Shown: piece after piece, positions 45,801-58,715 of the stretch
Layout: each line of letters begins with the position of its first letter
How positions within the stretch are numbered: the stretch's first letter is position 1
DNA from: the human T2T-CHM13v2.0 reference genome, Homo sapiens
Direction: 5' to 3' (one strand)
DNA: 64,000 bases
NCBI RefSeq assembly: GCF_009914755.1
Contig: NC_060940.1
The notes under the pieces: model-generated
Databases searched by the model: none
The model's input: only the letters and a program-made list of their open reading frames with translations
Told to the model about the DNA's origin: nothing
Translations under genes and position numbers: made by a program

Positions 45801-48800
45801 TTCCATTCAATTCCATTCGATGATGATTCCGTAGGATTCCATTCTGTGATGATTCCATGTGATTGCATTCAATGATGATTCCTTTAGATTGCATTCGATT
45901 GTGATTCATTTCGTCTTCACTCTATGGTTCCACAGGTTTCCATTCGTGTCCATTCCATTATTCCATTCTATTCCATTTGATGATGATTCCATTCGATTCC
46001 ATTCATTGGTGATTCCACTCAATTCCATTCAATGATTCCATTCCATTTCTTTCAACAATGATTCCATTAGTTTCTAATCGATGATCCACTTGATTCCATT
46101 TGACGACGATTCCATTCTTGTCCATTCGATGATTCCATTTGATTCCATATGATGATGATTCCATTCGATTCCATACGATGATGATTCCATTCGAGTCCAT
46201 TCAATGGTGATTCCATTCAATTCCATTCGATGATTCCTTTCGATTCCATTCGATGATGATGGCATTCGATTCCTTTCAATCATTCCCTTTGATTCCATTC
46301 AAAGGTGATTTCATTCAAGTCCATTCGATAATTGCATTCGATTCCATTCTATGATGATTCCATTCGAGTCCATTTGATGATTCCATTCAATTCAAGTCAA
46401 TGATGATTCCATTCGATTCCATTCGATGATTCCATTGGATTCCATTCGATGATGATTCCATTCAAATCCATTCGATAATTCAATTCAAGTCCATTCGATG
46501 ATGATTAAAATCGAATCCATTCAAAGATTCCATTCAGTTCCATTCGATGATTCCCTTAGATTCCATTCGATGATTCCACTTGATTTCATTTACGATGATT
46601 CCATTCGATTCCATGTGATGATTCCATTCAATTCTATTCAATGCTGTTTCCATTTGATTCCATTCGACCATGATTGCCTTTGATTCCATTCAATGACTCC
46701 ATTCGGTTCCTTTTGATGATGATTCCGTTCGATTCCATTTCATTATTCCATTTGATTCCATTGGATGAGTCCATTCGATTACATTCGATGATTATTCCAT
46801 TCGAGTGCATTAGATGATTCCATTCGAGTCCATTCGATGATTCCATTCGATTCCATTCGATGTTGATTCTGTTCAAATCCATTCGATGATTCCACTCGAT
46901 TCCATTCGATGACTCCAGTTGATCCCATTCGATGATTTCCTTTGATTCCCTTTGATGATCATTCCATTTGATTCAATTCGGTGATTTCATTTGATTCCAT
47001 TCAGTGATGTTTCCATTCGACTCCATTCGATGATGATTCCATTCGACTCCATTCGATTATGATTTCATTCAATTCCATTCGATAATGATTCCCTTTGAGT
47101 CCATTCGATGATTCCATTCGATTCCATTCAACGATGATTTGATTCGTGTCCATTCGATGATTCCATTTGATTCCACTTGATGATGATTCCATTCGAGTCC
47201 ATTTGATGATTCCATTCAATTCCATTCTCCGATGATTTCTTTTGAGCCCACTCAATGCTTCCACTCGATTCCATATGATGATGACTCCATTCGATGAAAT
47301 TCGATGATGATTCCATTCGCTTGCATTCGATGATGATTCCACTTGAGTCCATTAGAAGATTCTATTCAATTACATTCCATGACGATTCCGTTCGAGTCCA
47401 TTTGATGATTCCATTAGACTCCATTCGACGATGATTCCATTCGATGTTATTCGATGATTCCATTCGATCTCATTCGATGATGATTCCATTCAACTCCATT
47501 CGATGTTTCCATTCGAGTTCATTCTATTATTCCATTAGATTCCATTCGATGATGATTCCATTCGATTCCATTTGATGATTGCATTCTATTTCATTTGATG
47601 ATGATTCCATTCGAGTCCACTCGATGATTCCATTCGAGTCCATTTAATGAATCCATTGGTTTCAATTCTATGATGATTACATTGGATTCCATTCGTTGAT
47701 GATTTCATTCGGTTCCATTCAATGATGATTCCATTCAATTCCTTTCAATGTTTCCATTCAATTCCATACGATGATGATTCCATTTGATTTGATTCGACAG
47801 GGAGCCATTCGATTCAATTCCATGATGATTCTATTTGATTCCATTGGTTGACATTTCCATTCGATTCCATTCGATGATGATTCCCTTTGATTCCATTCAA
47901 AGATGATTCCATTCTAGCCCATTCAATCATTCCATTCGATTCTATTCAATGATGATTCCATTCATGTCGATTTGGTGATTCCATTTGACTTCATTTGATG
48001 ATGATTCCTTTCAAGTTCATTAGATGATTCCATTCGATTCCATTTGATGATGATCCCATTCGAGTCCATTCAGTGATTCCACTCGTTTCCATTCCATGAT
48101 GATTCCATTCCATTCCATTCAATGATTCCATTCGATTCCGTTTGATGATGATTTCATTCGAGTCCATTTGATGATTCCATTTGATTCCATTCGATGATGA
48201 TTCCATTCGAGTCCATTCGATGATTCTATTCGAATCCATTTGATGATTTCTTTTGATTATAGTTGGTGATGATTCCATTGGAGTCCATTCAATGATTCCA
48301 TTTGATTCCAGTCTCTGATGATTACATTCGAGTCCATACGATGATTCCACTCAATTCCATATGATGATGATTCCATTCGATTCCATTCGGTGATTCCATT
48401 CTATTCTATTCAATGGTGATTCCATTCGAGTACATTAGATGATTCCATTCGATTCCATTCAATGATGATTCTATTTGTGTCCCTTAGATGATTCCACATG
48501 ATTCCATTAGATGATGATACTATTTGAGCCCATCCAATGATACCCTTCGATATCATTCGATGAGGATTCCATTCGATTCAATTCATTGGTGATTCTATTC
48601 AATTCAATTCTTTGATTCCATTCCATTCCATTCGACAATGATTCCATTCGATTTCTTTCGATGATTCCACTCGATTCCACTTGACATTGATTCCCTTCGA
48701 TTCCATTCAATGATTCCATTTGATTCCAGTGGATGATGATTGCCATCGATTCCATTCGATCACTCCATTCTATTCCATTTGATGATGATTACATTCGATT

Positions 48801-48944
48801 CCATTTGACGATTCCATCTGATTCTATTCGAGGATTCCATTTGATTCCATTCGATGATGATTCCATTCGAGTCCATTCGATGATTTCATTCGAGTACATC
48901 CAATGATTCCATTCGAGTCCATTTGATGATTCCATTTGATTCCA
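42882..48944 (+). repeat. Higher-order unit 8 (6,063 bp; 49-bp deletion)
   Basis: Anchors at 42882 and 48945; the CCAATCGATGGTG...AGAGTCCATTT segment is missing at ~48300. Confidence 0.92.
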
Positions 48945-51900
48945 TTTGATAATGATTCTACTAGAGTCCATTCAATGACTCCATTCGAGTCCATTCAACA
49001 ATTCCATTCGACTCCATTTGATGATTCCATTGGATTCCATTTGATGATTCCATTCGAGTCCATTTAATCATTACAGTCGAGTCCATTTGGTGATTCCACC
49101 GGATTTCTTTTGATAATGATACCATTCAATTACATTTGATGATGATCCCATTCAATTTCATTTGATGATGATTCCATTAGAGTCCATTCGATGATTTCAT
49201 TCGAGTCCCTTCATTGATTCCATCCGATTTCATTGGATGATGACTCCATTCGAGTCCATTCGATGATTCCACTCGATTCCATTAGATGATTCCATTGGAG
49301 TCCATTTGATTGTTCCATTCGATTCCATTCGATTCCTTTCGAAGATTATTCCATTTGAGTCCATTCGATGATGATTCCATTCCATTCCATTCGATGATTC
49401 CGTTTGATTCCATTCGATGATTCCCTTCGATTCCTTTCTTTGATGATTCCATTCCATTCCATTCAATGATTCCATTCGAATCTATTCCATGATGATTCCT
49501 TTCGATTCCATTCGCTGATGTTTCCGTTCAATTCCATTCGATGATGATTCCATTCGATTCCATTCATTGAGGATTCCATTTGATTCCATTCAATGATGAT
49601 TCCGTTCTATTCCATTCAATGATTGCATTCAATTCCATTCAATGATTATCCCCTTAGAGTAAACTCAACGATTCCATTCAATACCATTCGATGATGATTC
49701 CTTTTGAGTCCATTCAATGATTTCATTCAAGTCCATTTGATGATTCCTTTCAATTCCATTCTATGATGATTCCATTCGAGTCCATTCGATGATTCCATTC
49801 GATTGCATTCGATTATTCCATTATATTCCAGTCAACGATGATTCCATTCGAGTCCATTCGATGATTCCATTAGAGTACATTTAATGATTGCTTTGTTTTC
49901 AATTCGAAGATGATTACATTGGATTCCATTCTATGATACCATTCGATTCCATTCAATGATGATTCCACTCAAATCCATTGGATGATTCCATTCGTGTCCA
50001 TTCGGTGATTTCATTAGATTCCATTCGAGGATGATTCCATTCGATTCCATTCGATGATTCCATTCAATTCCATTCGAGGATGATTCCATTCCAGTCCATA
50101 TGATCATTCCATTTGATTTCATTCGATGATGATTCCATTCGATTCCATTTGATGATTCCATTCTATTCCATTCGATGATGATTCCATTCGAGTCCATTCG
50201 ATGATTCCATTCGAGTCCATTTAATGATTCCATTGGGTTCAATTCAATGATGATTACATTGGATTCCGTTCTATGATTCCATTCAATTCCGTTCATTGAC
50301 AATTTGATTCCATTCGATGATGATTCCATTTGAGTTCATTCGATGATTCTATTCGATTCTCTTCGATGGTGATTCAATTCTATTATATTGGATGATTCCA
50401 TTCGATTCCATTTGATGTTGATTCAATTCGATTCTATTCGATGATGATTCCATTGGATTTCACTTGATGATTCTATTCGATTCCATTCAATGATGATTCA
50501 CTTCTCGTCCATTGGATGATTCCATTTCATTCCATTCGATGATGATTCCATTCGATTCCATTCGATGATTCCATTTGATTCCATGCGACGGTGAGCAATT
50601 CGATTCAATTCCATGATGATTCTATTTGATTCAATTAGATGATGTTTCCATTCGAATCCATTCCATGATTATTCCATTGGAATCCATTTGGCGATGATTC
50701 CATATGAGTCAATTCAATGATGATTCCATATGGGTCCGTTCGATGATAATTCCATTTGATTTCATTCGATGCTTCTATTCTATTCCAGTCGATGATGATT
50801 CCGTTGGAGTCCATACGATGATTCCATTTGATTTCATTTGATGATGATTCCATTCGATGATGATTACATTGGATTCCATTCTATGATTCCATTCAATTCC
50901 ATTCGTTGATGATTCGATTCCATTCAATGATGATTCCATTTGAGTTCATTCGATGATTCTATTCGATTCCGTTCGATGGTGATTCAATTCTCTTATATTG
51001 GATGATTCCACTCGATTCCATTTGATGATTATTCCATTGGAGTCCACTTAGTGAATCCTTTAGATTCTACTCGAAGATGATTCCATTCGAGTCCATTCAA
51101 TGATACCATTCAATTTCATTCATTGATGCTTCCATTCAAGTGCATTCGATGATATCATTCGATTCCATTTGATGATAATTCCATTTGATTCCATGCGATG
51201 ATTCTATTCGATTCCATTCAATGATAATTCCATTCAATTCAGTGATTCCTCTGGACTCCATTTGATGATGATTCCATTCAATGATTCCATTCGATTCTAT
51301 TCCAAAATGATTCCATTTGAATCCATTTGATGATGATTCCATTAGATTCCATTTGATGATTCCATTCAATTGCATTTGACGATGATTCCATTCGATTCCA
51401 TTTGATGTTTCCATTCTATTCTATTCTATGATGATTCCATTCGATTCCATTTGATGATGATTGGATTCGATTCCATTTGATGATTTCATTTGATTCCATT
51501 CGTTAATGATTTCGATCAACTCCATTCGATGATTCCATTTGATTCCATTCGATAATGATTACATCCGAGTCCATTCGATGATTCCATTTGAGCCCGTTCG
51601 ATAATTCCATTTGAGTCCAATCAATGATTCCATACATTTCCATTCAATGATTCCATTCGAGTCCATTTGATCATTCTGGTAGGGTCCGTTCGATGTTGAT
51701 TCCATTGGAGTGCATTCGATGATTCCATTCGAGTCCATTTTATGATTTGATTCGAGTCCTTTCGATGATTCCATTCGATTCCACTCGATGATGATTTCAT
51801 TCGAGTCCATTCGACACTTCCAATCGATTCCATTTGATGTTTCCATTCGAGTCCAATTGATGATTCCATTCAATTGCATTCGATGATGATTCCGTACGAC

Positions 51901-53299
51901 TCCATTCTGTGATGATTCCATGTGATTGCATTCAATGATGATTCCTTTCGACTGCATTCGATTATGATTCATTTCGTGTTCATTCTATGGTTCCACAGGT
52001 TTCCATTCGATGACGTTTCCGTTCGTGTCCATTCCATTATTCCATTCTATTTCATTTGATGATGATTCCATTCGATTCCATTCATTGGTGATTCCACTCA
52101 ATTCCATTCAATGATTCCATTCCATTTCTTTCAACAATGATTCCATTAGTTTCTATTCGATGATCCACTTGATTCCATTTGGCGATGATTCCATTCGTGT
52201 CCATTCGATGATTCCATTTGATTCCATATGATGATGATTCCATTCGATTCCATACCATGATGATTCCATTCGAGTCCATTCAATGGTGATTCCATTCAAT
52301 TCCATTCGATGATTCCTTCCGATTCCATTCGATGATGATGGCATTCGATTCCTTTCAATCATTCCCTTTGATTCCATTCAAAGGTGATTTCATTCAAGTC
52401 CATTCGATAATTGCATTCGATTCCATTCTATGATGATTCCATTCGAGTCCATTTGATGATTCCATTCAATTCAAGTCAATGATGATTCCATTCGATTCCA
52501 CTCGATGATTCCATTGGATTCCATTCGATGATGATTCCATTCAAATCCATTCGATAATTCAATTCAAGTCCATTCGATGATGATTCCAATCGAATCCATT
52601 CAAAGATTCCATTCAATTCCATTCGATGATGATTCCCTTAGATTCCATTCGACGATTCCACTTGATTCCATTTACGATGATTCCATTCGATTCCATGTGA
52701 TGAATCCATTCAGTTCTATTCAATGATGTTTCCATTTGATTCCATTGGACCATGATTGCCTTTGATTCCATTCAATGATTCCATTCGGTTCCATTTGATG
52801 ATGATTCCGTTCGATTCCATTTCATTATTCCATTTGATTCCATTGGATGAGTCCATTCGATTACATTCGATGATTATTCCATTCGAGTGCATTAGATGAT
52901 TGCATTCGAGTCCATTCGATGATTCCATTCGATTCCATTCGATGTTGATTCTGTTCAAATCCATTCGATGATTCCACTCGATTCCATTCGATGACTCCAT
53001 TTGATCCCATTCGATGATTTCCTGTGATTCCCTTTGATGATCATTCTATTTGATTCAATTCGGTGATTTCATTTCATTCCATTCAGTGATGTTTCCATTC
53101 GACTGTATTCGATGATGATTCCATTCGACTGCATTCGATTATGATTTCATTCAATTCCATTCAATAATGATTCCCTTCGAGTCCATTCGATGATTCCATT
53201 CGATTCCATTCAACGATGATTTGATTCGTTTCCATTCGATGATTCCATTTGATTCCACTTGATGATGATTCCATTCGAGTCCATTTGATGATTCCATTC
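48945..53299 (+). repeat. Truncated, increasingly divergent unit 9a (first ~4.3 kb of the unit)
   Basis: Colinear with the unit until ...CCATTTGATGATTCCATTC at 53299, then departs; many substitutions after ~50580; 16-bp and 3-bp extra sequence relative to the standard unit. Confidence 0.88.
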
Positions 53300-55130
53300 G
53301 AGTCTATTTATGTATTATATTCGTGTCCACTTCATGATTCCATTCAATTCCATTTAATGTTGATTCCATTTGATTCCATTTGATGATTCAGTTCGATTCC
53401 TTGCAATGATTCCCTACGATTCCTTTCTATGATGATTCCATTCGATTCCATTCATTGATGATTTCATTCGACTCCATTCGATGATGATTCCTTTCGATTC
53501 CATTTGACGATGTTTCCATTCGAGTCCATTCGATGATGATTCTATTCAATTCTGTTCTATTATGATTCCATTCGATTTCATTCAATGCTTCTATTTGATT
53601 CCATTCGATGATGATTCCATCTCTTTCCCTTCGATGATTCCATTTGATTCCATTCAGTGATGATTCCATTTGATTCCATCTGATGATGATTTCACTTGAT
53701 TCCTTTCAATGATGATTCAATTCAAGTCCATTCTATGATTCCATTGGAGTCCAAACGATCATTCCGTTCGATTCCATTCAATGGTGATTCCATTCATGTC
53801 CATTCGATGAATCCATTCAATTCCATTCGATGATGACTCCATTCGAGTACATTCGATGATTCCATTTGATTCCATTTGAAGATGATTCCATTCAATTCCA
53901 TTCGAAGATGATTCCATTCAATTCCATTCGATGATGATTCCGTATGAATCCATTCTCTGATTATTCCATTCGATTCCATTCATTGACGATTCCATTCAAT
54001 TCCATTCAATGATGATTCTCTTCTATTCCATTCGATGATTCCGGTCGATTCCATTCGATGATGATTCCATTAGATTCCATTCGATTGTTGCATTCGATTC
54101 CCTTCGATGATGATTCCTTTGAATTCCATTCGATTATCATTCCGTATGAATCCATTTGATGATTATTCCATTGGATTCCTTTCGATGATGATTCCATTCG
54201 ATTCCATTTGATGATGTTTCTCTTGTATTCCATTGGATAATTCCTTTCAGTTCCCTTCGATGATTATTCTTTCGAGTCAATTCGATGATTCTATTCCATT
54301 CCCTTCGATGATGATTCCATTTCACTCCATTTGATGATTCCATTCGACTCAATTTGGTGATGATTCAATTCGATGACATTCGATGACTCCATTCAATTTC
54401 ATTTGATGATGATTACTTTCGAGTCCATTTGATGATTGTATTCCTTTCCTTTTGATGATTATTCCATTCGTGTCTATTCAAAGGTTCCATTCTATTCCAT
54501 TCAATGATGATTGCATTTGATTCCATTCAATGATTATGGCTATCGATTCCACTCGTTGATTCCATTTGATTCCGTTCGATGATTATTCCGTTAGATTCCA
54601 TTAGAAGATTCCATTCGATTTTATTCAATGATTCCAATGGATTCCATTCAATGATGATTCCATTCGACACCATTCAGTGATTCCATTCGAGTCCATTTGA
54701 TGATTCCATTCTTTTGCATTTGATGATGATTCCATTAGGGTCCATTCAATTATTCCATTCGAGTCCATTCGTTAATGCCTTTCGAGTCCTTTTGATCACT
54801 ACATTCGAGTCCATTCAATGATTCTATTCGATTCCATTCCATGATGATTCCATTCGAGTTCATTCGATGATTGCATTCGAGTCCATTTGATGATTCCATA
54901 TGATTCCCTTCGACAATGATTCCATTCGTGTCCATTTGACGATTCCATTCATTTCCTATCGATGAAGATTCCATTCAAGTGTATTCGATGATTCCATTCA
55001 AATCCATTCGATGATGATTCCATTCCAGTCCATTCGATCATTCCACTTGATTCCATTTGATGACTATTCCATTCAAATCCATTTGATGATTCCATTCGAT
55101 TCCATTCGATGTTACCATTCGAGTATACAC
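53300..55130 (+). repeat. Divergent HSat2 segment (~1.83 kb) not colinear with the 6.1-kb unit
   Basis: Still CATTC/GATGAT based, but has unique strings (TATTTATGTATTATAT, TCCCTACG, CCGGTCGA, GATTATGGCTATCG) and ORF translations seen nowhere else in the window. Confidence 0.85.
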
Positions 55131-58100
55131 GATGATTCCACTCGATTCCATTTGATGATTATTCCATTGGAGTCCACTTAGTGAATCCTTTAGATTCTAC
55201 TCGAAGATGATTCCATTCGAGTCCATTCCATGATACCATTCAATTCCATTCGTTGATGCTTCCATTCAAGTACATTCGATGATATCATTCGATTCCATTT
55301 GATGATAATTCCATTTGATTCCATGCGATGATTCTATTCGATTCCATTCAATGATAATTCCATTCAATTCAGTGATTCCTCTGGACTCCATTTGATGATG
55401 ATTCCATTCAATGATTCCATTCGATTCTATTCGAAAATGATTCCATTTGAATCCATTTGATGATGATTCCATTGGATTCCATTTGATGATTCCATTCGAT
55501 TCCATTCGATGATGATTCCATTCGATTCCTTTTGATGATTCCATTCTATTGTATTCGATGATGATTCCATTCGATTCCATTCGATGATGATTGGATTCGA
55601 TTCCATTTGATGATTTCATTTGATTCCATTCGATAATGATTTCGATCAATTCCATTCGATGATTCCATTCGATTCCATTCGATAGTGATTACATCCGAGT
55701 CCATTCGATGATTCCATTTGAGCCCGTTCGATAATTCCATTTGAGTCCAATCAATGATTCCATTCATTTCCATTCAATGATTCCATTCGAGTCCATTTGA
55801 TCATTCCGGTAGGGTCCGTTCGATGTTGATTCCATTGGAGTGCATTCGATGATTCCATTCGAGTCCATTTTAGGATTTGATTCGAGTCCTTTCGATGATT
55901 CCATTCGATTCCACTCGATGATTTCATTCGAGTCCATTCGACACTTCCAATCGATTCCATTTGATGTTTCCATTCGATTCCAATTGATGATTCCATTCAA
56001 TTCCATTCGATGATGATTCCGTACGATTCCATTCTGTGATGATTCCATGTGATTGCATTCAATGATGATTCCTTTCGATTGCATTCGATTATGATTCATT
56101 TCGTGTTCATTCTATGGTTCCACAGGTTTCCATTCGATGATGTTTCCATTCGTGTCCATTCCATTATTCCATTCTATTCCATTTGATGATGATTCCATTC
56201 GATTCCATTCATTGGTGATTCCACTCAATTCCATTCAATGATTCCATTCCATTTCTTTCAACAATGATTCCATTAGTTTCTATTCGATGATCCACTTGAT
56301 TCCATTTGACGATGATTCCATTCGTGTCCATTCGATGATTCCATTTGATTCCATATGATGATGATTCCATTCGATTCCATACGATGATGATTCCATTCGA
56401 GTCCATTCAATGGTGATTCCATTCAATTCCATTCGATGATTCCTTTCGATTCCATTCAATGATGATGGCATTCAATTCCTTTCGATCATTCCCTTTGATT
56501 CCATTCAAAGGTGATTTCATTCAAGTCCATTCGATAATTGCATTCGATTCCATTCTATGATGATTCCATTCGAGTCCATTTGATGATTCCATTCAATTCA
56601 AGTCAATGATGATTCCATTCGATTCCACTCGATGATTCCATTGGATTCCATTCGATGATGATTCCATTCAAATCCATTCGATAATTCAATTCAAGTCCAT
56701 TCGATGATGATTCCAATCGAATCCATTCAAAGATTCCACTCAATTCCATTCGATGATGATTCCCTTAGATTCCATTTGATGATTCCACTTGATTCCATTT
56801 ACGATGATTCCATTCGATTCCATGTGATGATTCCATTCAATTCTATTCAATGAAGTTTCCACTTGATTCCATTCGAACATGATTGCCTTTGATTCCATTC
56901 AATGATTCCATACGGTTCCATTTGATGATGATTCCATTCGAGTGCATTAGATGATTCCATTCGAGTCCATTCGATGATTCCATTCGATTCCATTCGATGT
57001 TGATTCTGTTCAAATCCATTCGATGATTCCACTCGATTCCATTCGATGACTCCATTTGATCCCATTCGATGATTTCCTTTGATTCCCTTTGATGATCATT
57101 CCATTTGATTCAATTCGGTGATTTCTTTTGATTCCATTCAGTGATGTTTCCATTCAACTCCTTTCGATGATGATTCCATTCGACTCCATTCGATTATGAT
57201 TTCATTCAATTCCATTCGATAATGATTCCCTTCAAGTCCATTCGATGCTTCCATTCGATTCCATTCAACGATGATTTGATTCGTGTCCATTCGATGATTC
57301 CATTTGATTCCATTTGATGATGATTCCATTCGAGTCCCTTTGATGATTCCATTCAATTCCATTCTCCGATGATTTCTTTTGAGCCCATTCAATGCTTCCA
57401 CTCGATTCCATATGATGATGACTCCATTTGATGAAATTCCATGATGATTCCATTCGCTTGCATTCGATGATGATTCCACTTGAGTCCGTTAGAAGATTCT
57501 ATTCAATTACATTCCATGACGATTCTGTCCGAGTCCATTTGATGATTCCATTAGACTCCATTCGACGATGATTCCATTCGATGTTATTCGTTGATGATTC
57601 CATTCAACTCCATTCGAAGTTTCCATTCGAGTTCATTCTATTATTCCATTAGATTCCATTCGATGATGATTCCATTCGATTCCATTTGATGATTGCATTC
57701 TATTTCATTTGATGATGATTCCATTCGAGTCCATTCGATGATTCCATTCGAGTCCATTTAATGAATCCATTGGTTTCAATTCTATGATGATTACATTGGA
57801 TTCCATTCGTTGATGATTTCATTCGATTCCATTCAATGATGATTCCATTCAATTCCATTCAATGATTCCATTCAATTCCATACGATGATGATTCCATTTG
57901 ATTTGATTCGACAGTGAGCCATTCGATTCAATTCCATGATGATTCTATTTGATTCAATTGGTTGACATTTCCATTCGATTCCATTCGATGATGATTCCAT
58001 TTGATTCCATTCAAAGATGATTCCATTCTAGCCCATTCAATCATTCCATTCGATTCTATTCAATGATGATTCCATTCATGTCGATTTGGTGATTCCATTT

Positions 58101-58715
58101 GACTTCATTTGATGATGATTCCTTTCAAGTTCATTAGATGATTCCATTCGATTCCATTCGATGATTCCATTCTATTCTATTCAATGGTGATTCCATTCGA
58201 GTACATTAGATGATTCCATTCGATTCCATTCAATGATGATTCTATTTGTGTCCCTTAGATGGTTCCACATGATTCCATTTCATGATGATACTATTTGAGC
58301 CCATCCAATGATTCCCTTCGATTCCATTCGATGAGGATTCCATTCGATTCAATTCATTGGTGATTCTATTCAATTCAATTCTTTGATTCCATTCCATTCC
58401 ATTCGACAATGATTCCATTCGATTTCTTTCGATGATTCCACTCGATTCCACTTGACATTGATTCCATTCGATTCCATTCAATGATTCCGTTTGATTCCAG
58501 TGGATGATGATTGCCATCGATTCCATTCGATCACTCCATTCTATTCCATTTGATGATGATTACATTCGATTCCATTTGATGATTCCATCTGATTCTATTC
58601 GAGGATTCCATTTGATTCCATTCGATGATGATTCCATTCGAGTGCATTCGATGATTTCATTCGAGTACATCCAATGATTCCATTCGAGTCCATTTGATGA
58701 TTCCATTTAATTCCA
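55131..58715 (+). repeat. Partial divergent unit 9b (unit position ~2057 to end) with 3-, 72-, 23- and 392-bp deletions
   Basis: Resumes at GATGATTCCACTCG...GAGTCCACTTAGTGAATCC (same as 51001); deletion sizes derived from marker and ORF offsets. Confidence 0.87.

Noticed and set aside
53304-53321. AT-rich TATTTATGTATTATAT as a TATA-like promoter
   Set aside because: Derivable from decayed monomers; no supporting promoter context.
53300-55130. Transposon or foreign insertion
   Set aside because: The segment is itself CATTC/GATGAT satellite; no poly-A tail, terminal repeats, short target-site duplication or Alu/L1 sequence.
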